From a virus (Duplodnaviria > Heunggongvirae > Uroviricota > Caudoviricetes): a DNA stretch of 32,379 bases. Positions within the stretch are counted from its first letter, which is position 1. Each line of letters opens with the position of its first letter. The notes beneath the pieces were generated by a model that saw nothing but the letters and a program-made list of their open reading frames with translations, did no database searches and was not told the DNA's origin. Location: positions 1 to 32,379 of IMG/VR virus record IMGVR_UViG_3300027861_000012. One strand, given 5' to 3'. A program made the position numbers and the translations under genes. This document shows positions 7,986 through 17,243 of this stretch, piece by piece.

Positions 7986-8700
7986 TATCCACCTGTATAC
8001 GGCTTTGTGCCACCTTGAAGTAATCCGTGTCCAATTCAATACCAATACCCTGGCGTCCCAACTTCTTGGCCGCTACCATGGCAGTACCACTACCCATACT
8101 AAAGTCCAATACTGTTTGGCCTTTAATAGTGTAGGTTTGAATGAGGTATTCCATTAGGGCCACGGGTTTCTGTGTGGGATGCACCCGTTTCTTTGGGTCC
8201 ACGGCATTCATACGCAGAATGTTCACTGGGTATCGTGTAGTCTCCCCGCCGGGTGCGTTACGCACATTGGTGCCATGCCATAAACGTCCCTTACTAGACC
8301 CTCTTGCACTTTGAGTAGGGACGTGCCCTGTGGTTTTGATCGGGTAATAGAACGAAGCCTTCTTGAAAAAGACAACAATGTCCTCAGTCTTCCGCAACGG
8401 CTGCCGTTTAGCATGGAGGAAGTTAGTTGAGAAATTCTTTTCCCAGACCCAACAGTATTTGAACATCTTCCTGTTTGAAGCAATCAGTGTGGTGGTAAAT
8501 GGCTGACTGGCTGTCATTACTACACCGCCGGTGTGTGAAAGTACACGTTTCAAATGTTCCCACAGCGGTTCCAATGGAATCACGGAATCCCATTTACAAG
8601 CCGTGGACCCGTAGGGTGGGTCAGCCAAGATCATATCAATTGAACCATCTTCGATGTCTGACATCTTCTGAAGACAGTCGCCTTGCATCAATGTGATCAT
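7978..8700 (-). CDS. DNA methyltransferase, N6-adenine/N4-cytosine, beta class
   Basis: GDCL, ILADPPYG (motif IV), HPTQKP, VLDFSMGSGT (motif I), IGIELD. Confidence 0.93.
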   Translation of the reverse strand: MITLMQGDCLQKMSDIEDGSIDMILADPPYGSTACKWDSVIPLEPLWEHLKRVLSHTGGVVMTASQPFTTTLIASNRKMFKYCWVWEKNFSTNFLHAKRQPLRKTEDIVVFFKKASFYYPIKTTGHVPTQSARGSSKGRLWHGTNVRNAPGGETTRYPVNILRMNAVDPKKRVHPTQKPVALMEYLIQTYTIKGQTVLDFSMGSGTAMVAAKKLGRQGIGIELDTDYFKVAQSRIQVDNE

Positions 8701-9260
8701 TTCTTTGCCTTTACCTTGTAGAACTCATGGCCGCAGTCGCACTGGGCCTTCCTGGACCCGACCTTGACTTTGCACTTTGGGCACGCCTTCATGGCTGCCT
8801 TCCGCTTCTTTTTCTTCGCAGGTTTGTCCGAGGGTTTGCCGGTAGAAGTACATGAGGCGCGGGTCTTTCGCTTGAGCGTATGAGTCTGACATCGTTCGGT
8901 TCCTTCAATGGCTTGCTTACGGCAACCCTTCTTCTCGCACCGACCCATGAGAGCCGCCGCTTCTCGCTGGAAGTGTTGTCGAAAGTGAGTCTCACATAAC
9001 CTCTGGGCTGCATTTAGCGTGCGATTCAGTTTGTACTGTGACTGGGATAGTTTATCCCACGTAAGACCGTCATCTGGATTTCCTCTGGTGGTGGGATAGA
9101 ATCCCGCATCAAGGCTGATCTTGTTGTATGTGTTACGCCAAAAGACTCGATACCTACCACAAGTGGTTCGCCACTCTTTGTAATGGCGATCCTTCCCTTG
9201 CTGATAACAATTTGGGACTTGTTTCCCACGGTAGCGTCTCCACTTCAGGAGTTCTCTCAT
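8697..9260 (-). CDS. Basic hypothetical protein with C-terminal zinc ribbon
   Basis: Lys/Arg-rich; CPKC...CDCGHEF. Confidence 0.7.
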   Translation of the reverse strand: MRELLKWRRYRGKQVPNCYQQGKDRHYKEWRTTCGRYRVFWRNTYNKISLDAGFYPTTRGNPDDGLTWDKLSQSQYKLNRTLNAAQRLCETHFRQHFQREAAALMGRCEKKGCRKQAIEGTERCQTHTLKRKTRASCTSTGKPSDKPAKKKKRKAAMKACPKCKVKVGSRKAQCDCGHEFYKVKAKK

Positions 9261-9445
9261 CCACGGCCTCGACCGACCCTGGGGTGCATCGGACTATACC
9301 GCATGTGCAAGGCTGGTGCCGGAAACTTCCGTTTCAGCCTCATCTTATCACATTCCGGGCACTTCTTCTGAGCCTTGGTGTCCTTCTGGAGGGCCTCAAA
9401 CGTGTGGCCACAAGCTTCACATTCGTAGTCGTAAGTTCGGAACAT
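9257..9445 (-). CDS. FmdB-family zinc-ribbon protein
   Basis: YDYECEACGHTFE...CPEC...LKRKF. Confidence 0.85.
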   Translation of the reverse strand: MFRTYDYECEACGHTFEALQKDTKAQKKCPECDKMRLKRKFPAPALHMRYSPMHPRVGRGRG

Positions 9446-9702
9446 TACCAGTCCTCCGGGATGATGACACAGCGGTGGGTTCGGGTGATCTTGACTTTGG
9501 TGCCATCGCTCTCCCGGTTACCCTCCAGAATCTGGGTCTTGCGTTTGTATGGGTCATCGGGGTCCGAGGGGAGTAGGGCAGTGACTCGCATCACTTGCAA
9601 TTCTACTACCCCGTGCCGCACGGCATACAAGACTCGCATTCCAACTTCAATCTTGCGACTGAAATGGTCATACGGTCTGTCTTTTCCCTCATATTGGCTC
9701 AT
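9445..9702 (-). CDS. Small beta-rich (SH3-like) protein, paralogue of 26988..27242
   Basis: DHFSRKIEVGMRVLY...VTA...G.RESDGTKVKIT. Confidence 0.7.
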   Translation of the reverse strand: MSQYEGKDRPYDHFSRKIEVGMRVLYAVRHGVVELQVMRVTALLPSDPDDPYKRKTQILEGNRESDGTKVKITRTHRCVIIPEDW

Positions 9703-9910
9703 GCATCACCTCTTGCATTTGATAGTGTTCGATGACTAAGTCTAACTCACCCTGGCTACGTTTCCTGGCAGCATTCGACGCCCCGATAGGTCCCCGGCGG
9801 TGAGTCCAAATAGATGCTTCACTCTGAGGGACCCACACCGTACCGCCCTTGCCAGAGGTTCGTTTGTAATACAGATCAGTGTCCTTCTTACGTAGCATGT
9901 AGACTATCAT
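9689..9910 (-). CDS. Hypothetical protein
   Basis: 73-aa ORF in the operon. Confidence 0.65.
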   Translation of the reverse strand: MIVYMLRKKDTDLYYKRTSGKGGTVWVPQSEASIWTHRRGPIGASNAARKRSQGELDLVIEHYQMQEVMHEPI

Positions 9911-10160
9911 ATCGCCTTTGCCTTTCCTTCAAGTCAGCTTCTGCTTGCCGCAGTCGGCGGTGCCAATCAGCCATGGCTCGCGCTACATGTCGTTGCTTAG
10001 CCATCTCTGCTTGCTCAATAGTGCATCGACAGTGCCAAATCGTCCCACAAGCGGGGCATCGTAAACGAGCCCGAAGCATCTCACCTGCGTATTCGTCATC
10101 CCGTTTCTCACGAGCTATCTCGGCTTGAAGAAACGCCTTGCATTCAGCGTCGGTTATCAC
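9888..10160 (-). CDS. Hypothetical protein with CxxC..CxC and coiled coil
   Basis: GGAG RBS and GTG start overlapping the MTase stop (GTGA); RCPACGTIWHCRC. Confidence 0.65.
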   Translation of the reverse strand: MITDAECKAFLQAEIAREKRDDEYAGEMLRARLRCPACGTIWHCRCTIEQAEMAKQRHVARAMADWHRRLRQAEADLKERQRRYDSLHAT

Positions 10161-10951
10161 AGTCGCCACTCCTGGTATTGGAGCTTGGTGTCCGGTGTAT
10201 GTTTGTGAAGACCGTTTTCCTTGGCAATCTTGGTACAATAGGTACGGTCGTATTCGATGGTGGTGCAGTTTCGCTTGAGCCGTCTGCATACCCGCAGGGT
10301 GGTACCGGAGCCGCCACATGGATCAATCACTCTGTCACCTTCCTTGGTACACAGCAGGATACATCGTGTGACCAAGTCTTCATGAAGTTGGGTTGGGCAC
10401 CACTTACGCCGCTGCGCGCTGTTCCCAGTCACGCGAGTGAAATCAAACACGTCGCCAGGGACCCTGCCCCGTGGATCGGCGCGCTTGTCACCGTGTAGTT
10501 GCCGCCATGATGGCACCCTAATCTGATCCGGATAGAGGGTAGCATCCTTGCGTGTGAATCGCCATAGCGGACGATGGTTGTTTCCAAGGTCGTGATGGTT
10601 GTGCTGCCCGAACGTAAAGGTCTGCACACATGGCTTCACTGGCAACCAGGGTTCAAAACCCTGGGCACCTACAGCAACACGATTCCACCGGTCGATGATT
10701 TGATTGAATAGTTCACCAAAGTCCAACGTGTACTTGACATTGAAAGACACCCAAAAGACCTGGGTCTGACGCATCAGTTGCCAGGTAACCTTTGACATCC
10801 AGTTCAGGTAAGCTTTATGCTTGGTCTTGTCCTTGTACAATCGGTAAGCAAGCCCGATGTTATCCGGCGGGTCCCAGAATCCCATGACTGCGGGTTTCAA
10901 CGAGGTCAAGACATCTTCGCACTCGGCGTTGATCAAACGGTATCGACTCAT
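10157..10951 (-). CDS. DNA amino-methyltransferase, beta class, atypical DPPD motif IV
   Basis: NAECEDVL, WDPPDNIG, PTQLHEDL, VIDPCGGSGTT, TTIEYD. Confidence 0.85.
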   Translation of the reverse strand: MSRYRLINAECEDVLTSLKPAVMGFWDPPDNIGLAYRLYKDKTKHKAYLNWMSKVTWQLMRQTQVFWVSFNVKYTLDFGELFNQIIDRWNRVAVGAQGFEPWLPVKPCVQTFTFGQHNHHDLGNNHRPLWRFTRKDATLYPDQIRVPSWRQLHGDKRADPRGRVPGDVFDFTRVTGNSAQRRKWCPTQLHEDLVTRCILLCTKEGDRVIDPCGGSGTTLRVCRRLKRNCTTIEYDRTYCTKIAKENGLHKHTPDTKLQYQEWRL

Positions 10952-11026
10952 CGTGACTCCCTACAGGGTCTACAAATCCAAAACTCAAACGGTGGTGATC
11001 CGAATCGCTCCAACTGTCTGCCACAA

Positions 11027-11401
11027 TCAGGGCAGTGGTGTCTCCCCGTCAGGAGATTCCAAAGTTTGCGTATCATCAGCTAGTTCCTCTCCAGAGCTTT
11101 CTTCAAGTATACCATCCATTTCCTCTAATGTCAAATCCGTTTTTCGATCCATGATGGCCTGAACCTTCTGAACCACCAGTGTTAGCTGGGGTATATAGTG
11201 CTCCTTCTCTAGTGGGGGATCATCTTCGTCACACCAAAGCAGATCGGTCATCACTACAGGCTCGTCCATAGTCTCAGCTTGGGCAACGAGCATATCGAAT
11301 AGCGAAGCCAACCGCTCGCCAGTCATGTTGTTGCTGATCATTCGCTTCCGGTGTGCTGGTACCAACAAGCTCTCTGCTGGTTGTTCTGGTTCACTCATCA
11401 A
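11027..11401 (-). CDS. Acidic hypothetical protein
   Basis: 124-aa ORF, D/E-rich. Confidence 0.7.
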   Translation of the reverse strand: MMSEPEQPAESLLVPAHRKRMISNNMTGERLASLFDMLVAQAETMDEPVVMTDLLWCDEDDPPLEKEHYIPQLTLVVQKVQAIMDRKTDLTLEEMDGILEESSGEELADDTQTLESPDGETPLP

Positions 11402-11735
11402 TCACCCTGGCTTTCTCCATGAGAATATCATCTGGTAACCGTTTGTTCTTGGACAATCCCAGGGCCTTCTTGACGGCTGCCCGTGCTTCACCTTTGGTAT
11501 GGGCTTCCACAATACCGCTGCGATGCTTATCTGGGTCCAAGTTGCTCATATCACACCAGTCCCATTTTGTGGGTTGCTTGGGCACCGGGGCGGCGATGAA
11601 ACCCATCTCAATCAATGCGGCCTTCTGGAGCTTCAGGGCGCGTGCTCTAATTTCCAGTGTGGTAAGCGGGCGTTGAACCAACCACTGCTGTGGACCGTGT
11701 TGTGATTTCTTCCTACGACTTGCACTTTGACTCAT
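11391..11735 (-). CDS. Basic hypothetical protein
   Basis: 114-aa ORF with GGAG RBS. Confidence 0.7.
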   Translation of the reverse strand: MSQSASRRKKSQHGPQQWLVQRPLTTLEIRARALKLQKAALIEMGFIAAPVPKQPTKWDWCDMSNLDPDKHRSGIVEAHTKGEARAAVKKALGLSKNKRLPDDILMEKARVIDE

Positions 11736-11745
11736 CTCAATCTCC

Positions 11746-12228
11746 TTATGATGGTCCTGGACCTAGAAAAATGTACGCATCCTCTTTTTGGCCATAACTC
11801 TCGAAGTGGTTGCTTTTTGTACCCACTGCGTGCAGGCTATGTTTCAGTAGCCATTGGCTGACATCATCTTTGTGCCCCGGAAAGCAAAGTCGCTCAGGCA
11901 CCAGTAGCATAAGCTGTGTCAACCCCGCCGTCCTCGCAGCAATCGTCGTGTCCCTGAGCAACATTGTCCCGGCACCCTTACCACGAAATGCTGGTTTCAC
12001 AGCCAGTCGTTCTATTCTCGCCACCGGCTCTTTCTTGTATGCACCGGTCTTCCAAACAACAAAACCAATGGGAACTTGGTGTACAGCGGCTGCCATGGAG
12101 TAGTGTTGCTTATCCTTGATGACCTCACGCCACCATTCAAGACCTCTGACATCTTCGTAGCATTTGATCTCAATGTCAAATAGATAGTTGATGTCTTCTG
12201 GCTCAATTGGGCGAATGGTGATTTCCAT
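11746..12228 (-). CDS. GNAT (RimI-like) acetyltransferase
   Basis: IRPIEPED, LAVKPAFRGKGAGTMLL acetyl-CoA binding motif A. Confidence 0.9.
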   Translation of the reverse strand: MEITIRPIEPEDINYLFDIEIKCYEDVRGLEWWREVIKDKQHYSMAAAVHQVPIGFVVWKTGAYKKEPVARIERLAVKPAFRGKGAGTMLLRDTTIAARTAGLTQLMLLVPERLCFPGHKDDVSQWLLKHSLHAVGTKSNHFESYGQKEDAYIFLGPGPS

Positions 12229-12231
12229 ATC

Positions 12232-13245
12232 TTATCCTCCGAAGTAGTTGTGAGAACGTGTGATCTCATTCATGAAGTTGCCCAGGTTCGTTCCAGCGTG
12301 TGCATTGAGTGCGTCAGCTTGACCTGTGAGCAATTCACAGCGAGCCTTATTTTCTTCTTCCGTAAGTTCTGAGAAGATCAGTCCGCTTTTGATACGATTC
12401 CATGAAGTCTGCAATCGCTGCAAGAGACACTCTTGGTAGACTTTCGAGATACGACCGGCATGGTTTGCAACCCGTATCAGTGGCTTGTTGCCAGGCCCCA
12501 TGGGTTTAGCAACCAGTTGGTCAATGCGGACGATCAGTTTCTCTTCACCAACTTCCTCGCCCATCATCCAGCCGTACATGCAACACTGATCGGCCCAAGA
12601 GGCATAGTTTGCTTCTAGGTAGCCTTCACCGATGCTGACACCATGCCAATGCAGGGCTTTATGGAGCTTGTGCGGTCTGTTACACCCACGGCTGGGCTTC
12701 GCAGTTTCCTTACCCCAGCCGTCTCGCACCATCATGTAACCCTTGGCTGGGCTGGTGCCGCTCTTGGCGCTGCAATACCCGTTGACTTTCCAGTCAAGAA
12801 TCACATGCGCACCAGATTCATGAATGAAACGGCAATCCGGTTTCCCAAAGATCGGTACGCCACCGATGGTGGCATCGGCGTCAAACTCAAACTGCGGATC
12901 TTCTTTAGCCGCTTGCAACAGTGTCAGAAGCTCATCAAACGAACCAGTCTTCTTGTATGCCTGGAATACATAGAATCCATTCTCGAAAGCCCATTCGTGG
13001 TTCTGTGGCTCCACTTGGGTTTCAAACAGCGCGTCGAGTGTGTATTTCGGGTTGCTGTTTGTCCCAAACAATGCAGCATACAATGCGGCCTTGCAGTATG
13101 CATCAAAGGCCGATCCGATGGCCATGTAATGGTTCTGGGGGACCTTTGGCGGACGATTGTCTACCAGGTGCTTGATAGCATACTCTTCTGGATCTTTCTC
13201 GAAAAGAGCAAGCGATGACGGTGACATATACTTAGGTTTTCTCAT
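12232..13245 (-). CDS. PD-(D/E)xK RecB-family exonuclease
   Basis: SPSSL N-terminal motif, GKPD..ILDWK, Q..MY. Start refined to MRKPK. Confidence 0.8.
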   Translation of the reverse strand: MRKPKYMSPSSLALFEKDPEEYAIKHLVDNRPPKVPQNHYMAIGSAFDAYCKAALYAALFGTNSNPKYTLDALFETQVEPQNHEWAFENGFYVFQAYKKTGSFDELLTLLQAAKEDPQFEFDADATIGGVPIFGKPDCRFIHESGAHVILDWKVNGYCSAKSGTSPAKGYMMVRDGWGKETAKPSRGCNRPHKLHKALHWHGVSIGEGYLEANYASWADQCCMYGWMMGEEVGEEKLIVRIDQLVAKPMGPGNKPLIRVANHAGRISKVYQECLLQRLQTSWNRIKSGLIFSELTEEENKARCELLTGQADALNAHAGTNLGNFMNEITRSHNYFGG

Positions 13246-13685
13246 GGTCTCTCCCAAACTGCTATGATGCAAATGTAGTAGATGCCCTTACGACTTCTGG
13301 CCATCCCTACCCCGTACAAATCCGGCTTCCCGTTTGCGACACTCCAGTGTCCTGGGCTAGTTTTCCACTCATCCCAGCAACCGGCGGCTGCTTCTTTCAC
13401 ACTGTCACCAGGCCATGACTCGGCACAAATTTCCCGAGCTTCAACACCTGGCATCTCGATTTGAATGTCCCAGAATCTACCCATTTGACGACCATTGTCC
13501 CAGTCCTTATGATCCTGATGCCGCCGTGTAGCCATACTTCTGGCGTGCTTCTCAGCAAGCATCCTCAGACAGTTATTCGAGATCGCGTGCTTAGGCAAAT
13601 TGTATTCCATACCAGCTTCGATCACTGGGTGAGTATCAAAGATGCTGGTCAGGAGCATCACTGCGGGGAACATGAGTTCTACCAT
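13242..13685 (-). CDS. CAP/SCP-domain protein
   Basis: AEKHARSMA, EICA, WKTSPGHW, GVGMA; hydrophobic N-terminus. Confidence 0.8.
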   Translation of the reverse strand: MVELMFPAVMLLTSIFDTHPVIEAGMEYNLPKHAISNNCLRMLAEKHARSMATRRHQDHKDWDNGRQMGRFWDIQIEMPGVEAREICAESWPGDSVKEAAAGCWDEWKTSPGHWSVANGKPDLYGVGMARSRKGIYYICIIAVWERP

Positions 13686-14707
13686 GCTTCGTTTCCAAAC
13701 ACTTGGTTATGGGTTCGGTTGGCACGTACAAAGGTCGCACACCTTGATAGGTCTTTCAAGCGTTCGGCTCCAACATAGGAACACGCTGATCGAAGCCCGC
13801 CTGTGATCTGTTGGAGAATATCAGCTACCGGTCCAGCATATCCAACATCAACGCACTTACCCTCTGGGGTCGAGTAGTCCTTTGCCGCATCGGAGTAATG
13901 AGTTTCCTGGGCCTTCTTGCTGGCCATCCCATAGAAATGGTCGCCTTGGCTCTCATCAGTTCCGGCTAACATGCCTCCCAGCATCACGAAATCGGCACCG
14001 GCTCCCATAGCCTTAGCTACATCACCTGGATAGACACACCCGCCGTCAGCACAGATATGGCCCTTGAGACCGTGGGCTGCCTCGGCACATTCAATCACGG
14101 CTGAAAGCTGTGGGTAGCCCACACCAGTGACAATCCTAGTCTCACAAACACTACCTGGCCCAATGCCGATCTTCACGATGTCGGCCCCAGCCAGCAGCAA
14201 TTCCTGTGTCATCTCAGGTGTTGCTACGTTACCGGCCATGATGATAGCAAACGGAAACCAGTCACGAAGCTTCTTGACATGCTCAACAAAATACTCGGTG
14301 TAACCATTGGCAGCATCCAAACAGATTCGATCCACCGGAGCCTTTGCGCCAGCCACATCTTCGAGCTTGTCCCAATCAGCAGGTTGTAGACCCAGTGTGA
14401 GAAATGAGAGACTGGCGTCGATCCCCTCATCGCGGAAGAACGTTACCAAATCTAGCACCGACATGAACTTGTGCAGACATGTAGCCATGTTGTAATGCTG
14501 CATGGCACGCGCCATCGAAAGCGTACCGATGGTATCCATGTTGGCAGCAATCACCGGAATGCAGTTCAACGTGAGATTGCTGTGCCTGAACTCAAAGTTG
14601 CGCATCAGATCAATACGCTTGCGACTTGGTACATCCGACCGCTTTGGTCGAAGCAGCACATCACAGTAATCCAGTTTGGTTTCAGTCTCAACTTTGTTCA
14701 TCGGCAT
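13679..14707 (-). CDS. guaC: GMP reductase
   Basis: [86 protein letters not shown]; no CBS domains. Confidence 0.92.
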   Translation of the reverse strand: MPMNKVETETKLDYCDVLLRPKRSDVPSRKRIDLMRNFEFRHSNLTLNCIPVIAANMDTIGTLSMARAMQHYNMATCLHKFMSVLDLVTFFRDEGIDASLSFLTLGLQPADWDKLEDVAGAKAPVDRICLDAANGYTEYFVEHVKKLRDWFPFAIIMAGNVATPEMTQELLLAGADIVKIGIGPGSVCETRIVTGVGYPQLSAVIECAEAAHGLKGHICADGGCVYPGDVAKAMGAGADFVMLGGMLAGTDESQGDHFYGMASKKAQETHYSDAAKDYSTPEGKCVDVGYAGPVADILQQITGGLRSACSYVGAERLKDLSRCATFVRANRTHNQVFGNEAW

Positions 14708-14954
14708 CTTCTTTAGGCATGAGTTGGTGGATTTGTTTCACACATTGGGCATTCGTCCTTATCAGTTCCTGACACATAGCACACATACGGTCAAGCTCGC
14801 GTTTACCGCTAGCTATCTGATCCTTGTGATGGTGTATCTCCCAACGTAGTCGATGGTTGATATCACGAATCTCCAGCAGGTCTTGCATTAGCATTTTGGG
14901 GTCGTTGTAACCTGTCAATGCCACAGTAACACGATCTCTGCCGACTTCGTTCAT
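14688..14954 (-). CDS. Hypothetical coiled-coil protein
   Basis: Start refined to MNEVGR (ATGA overlap). Confidence 0.65.
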   Translation of the reverse strand: MNEVGRDRVTVALTGYNDPKMLMQDLLEIRDINHRLRWEIHHHKDQIASGKRELDRMCAMCQELIRTNAQCVKQIHQLMPKEDADEQS

Positions 14955-15388
14955 TCTTCCTCCCAAGGGAAGACCAACCATGCCATTGGTTTGACTTCGT
15001 TGTAATATGCCTTGGGTGCCCCTGGACTATGATAAAGCACAGCGACCTTGTTTCCTTGTAGCCCGAAATGTTTGTCGAAGAGATCAAGTGTCTTGCCCTC
15101 ATCCACAAGGTCGTCTATAACGAGATTTCCTGTAGCCTGTGTCAATTCCCCTTCAATAATCGGTTCTTCGCGCTTCTGCTCGCCGTCGTACCGACTGATA
15201 CGAACCGACTCATGTGGCACATTGAAGAAGTTAGCGACTGCCTGACCAACGTACTTCCCGCCGTTTGCAATGCTTACGACACGATCAAATTTCCATTCCA
15301 TGAACGCGATCTTGATGCACAAGGAACGAATCTTGGCATCAACTTCTTCCCATGAAAGATGTAGCTTCTCGGGGGCGATGACTTTCAT
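14951..15388 (-). CDS. Type I phosphoribosyltransferase (xanthine/guanine PRT-like)
   Basis: LSWEEV, VSIANGG, PRPP-binding LVIDDLVDEGKT, WLVFPWE. Confidence 0.85.
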   Translation of the reverse strand: MKVIAPEKLHLSWEEVDAKIRSLCIKIAFMEWKFDRVVSIANGGKYVGQAVANFFNVPHESVRISRYDGEQKREEPIIEGELTQATGNLVIDDLVDEGKTLDLFDKHFGLQGNKVAVLYHSPGAPKAYYNEVKPMAWLVFPWEEE

Positions 15389-15397
15389 CTGAGTTCC

Positions 15398-15628
15398 TTA
15401 CAGGGTTATGATCAACCAAATCAAACCAAACACCACGGCCACACACATTGCAGCGATGCGTCCACGCTTTACGTCCTGAGCATCCTGAAGCTCACAAGCC
15501 TGTATGATGCTCTTGCAACCCCACTTCGGATGCCATACAGCTTGAGTAACGGAACTCTTCTCCCAGCCCGCTGCTTCGAGATCGTCCCATCGTTCATCCC
15601 AGCATCGTTGTATGATAGCGGTTTTCAT
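15398..15628 (-). CDS. Small protein with C-terminal TM helix
   Basis: IAAMCVAVVFGLIWLIITL. Confidence 0.65.
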   Translation of the reverse strand: MKTAIIQRCWDERWDDLEAAGWEKSSVTQAVWHPKWGCKSIIQACELQDAQDVKRGRIAAMCVAVVFGLIWLIITL

Positions 15629-16734
15629 TCAACTGGCCTCTTGCGAAAGTATCTGGCTTCCTTCGGGATGCCGTCATCCGAGAGTTCACGATACTTGAAG
15701 GTGATGATGTCACCACGCTTGAAATCTTTTCCGTCAAAGTCTTCAGGCATCAGTTCACCGGGATGCTCGGCGGCATAGTTGGTTTGGGCATCCGTAGAAA
15801 ACAATCGTTCATGGTGCTTGAATCCACCACAACTGACTTTGAATTCCTTATCTCCCCACTGGACAAACATGGCACCAAACTTACCCAACATCTGACCCGT
15901 TTTCCCTTGTTCACCTGAAGTGAATCGGATGATCTTACCCTCAGCGTCATCAAAGGGTTTGTACTTCAAAACTGCTTTGCATCGTTTTGGAATCCAACTT
16001 GCCAGCGGGTCACGAAGAACAATGCCTTCCCCACCGGCATCCAAAATCTTCGTCAGTCTTTCTTCAACTTGAGCTTTGGCTTCATCCTCATCCATACTCA
16101 GACGAATTTGTCGGTGGAGAAAAACAAGCTGACCGTCAGATGAAATGTTCTCACGTAACATCGCCAACTCGTTATCAAAGCTTGCCTGATTGGGCAGATA
16201 CTGATAATCGACTCTCGCCCGTTCCGGTAAGGCTTGAAACCAACCCACAATACGCCGTAACACAATCGTCTCATGCATGTTGCTGTTTTTGATTTCCCCG
16301 TCACGAAATACCGACTCAAATGGTGGCGCGCTGAACACACAGTATTGAATCTGTTCCCAGCGATCATCCGCTGTGTCACCAGCACAGATGGAACGACAAA
16401 GCTGGAAGTTTCCACGACCTGCCCATAGCTCACCGTCCAATGGCATACATGGAAGTTTGTTGAGAAACCAGTCCGGAGCCATAATTGGATTACCGTACCG
16501 TGACCACAGTCCAGTAGCTATGGGTTTGATCTTTGCCTTCATGCCACCCTTCTTTGGGTGCGTAATCCCAGCCCATGGCACATCAATAGTCTTGCAACCA
16601 CGACTCAGACCACCATCCCAAAAGCATCGCGTCCCATCCAGTTTCTCAGACAGATAGTACCCGGCAATCTTGCTTTTTTCGGGGTTGTATTTATGGGCCT
16701 GCGTCAAAAATTCGCGGCGGTTTGAGTTCTTCAC
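15625..16734 (-). CDS. ATP-dependent DNA ligase
   Basis: SEKLDGTR (motif I), LDGELW (III), EGIVLR (IV), LKYKP (V), OB fold ending TFKYRELSDDGIPKEARY. Confidence 0.93.
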   Translation of the reverse strand: MKNSNRREFLTQAHKYNPEKSKIAGYYLSEKLDGTRCFWDGGLSRGCKTIDVPWAGITHPKKGGMKAKIKPIATGLWSRYGNPIMAPDWFLNKLPCMPLDGELWAGRGNFQLCRSICAGDTADDRWEQIQYCVFSAPPFESVFRDGEIKNSNMHETIVLRRIVGWFQALPERARVDYQYLPNQASFDNELAMLRENISSDGQLVFLHRQIRLSMDEDEAKAQVEERLTKILDAGGEGIVLRDPLASWIPKRCKAVLKYKPFDDAEGKIIRFTSGEQGKTGQMLGKFGAMFVQWGDKEFKVSCGGFKHHERLFSTDAQTNYAAEHPGELMPEDFDGKDFKRGDIITFKYRELSDDGIPKEARYFRKRPVE

Positions 16735-17243
16735 AATTCAAGTTCCTTGTCAGTTCTGTATCCTAGTGCTAATTCAACCCATTCACGAGTTTCCGGGTGG
16801 AGATACAATATCTCGCGGTTACGTTTGTACCAGTCTATGACGTTCCCCTTTTGCACCCTAGCCGCCCCCATCCAGTCAGCAGCCATTTCTCGCCGGGCAC
16901 CGTCTGACATCGGGAGTGCTGTCGAGCGACCATTTGGGTGACAGACAGTCCACCATTGCCAATGATGATTGTTACGCCGCTGATGCTTGAGCCAAGCCAT
17001 ATCAAAGGCTGCATCACCGGTCTTGGATGGTTTGCCCTTCTTCGGGTCATAGGTATCTTTGATGATGTAGAAATACCGCACATACGGGAACCACTCGTCA
17101 GGCAGGAACTTGCTCCAATCATGGAACAAGCCCCGGATTGGAATATCCAACCGCACGGACTCAAGAAACACATACCATTTGTGTCTTATGAGGTACCAAG
17201 CATAGTACCAGTGTGCCAGTGGATTCAAGTAACGCCACATCAT
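16731..17243 (-). CDS. HD-like phage protein (DUF5662-like)
   Basis: HDWSKF, AWLKHQRRNNHHWQWW, EMAADW. Confidence 0.75.
   Translation of the reverse strand: MMWRYLNPLAHWYYAWYLIRHKWYVFLESVRLDIPIRGLFHDWSKFLPDEWFPYVRYFYIIKDTYDPKKGKPSKTGDAAFDMAWLKHQRRNNHHWQWWTVCHPNGRSTALPMSDGARREMAADWMGAARVQKGNVIDWYKRNREILYLHPETREWVELALGYRTDKELEL

Noticed and set aside
12232-13245. Cas4-like adaptation nuclease
   Set aside because: It has the RecB-type core but no recognisable 1+3 cysteine Fe-S pattern, and no CRISPR context.
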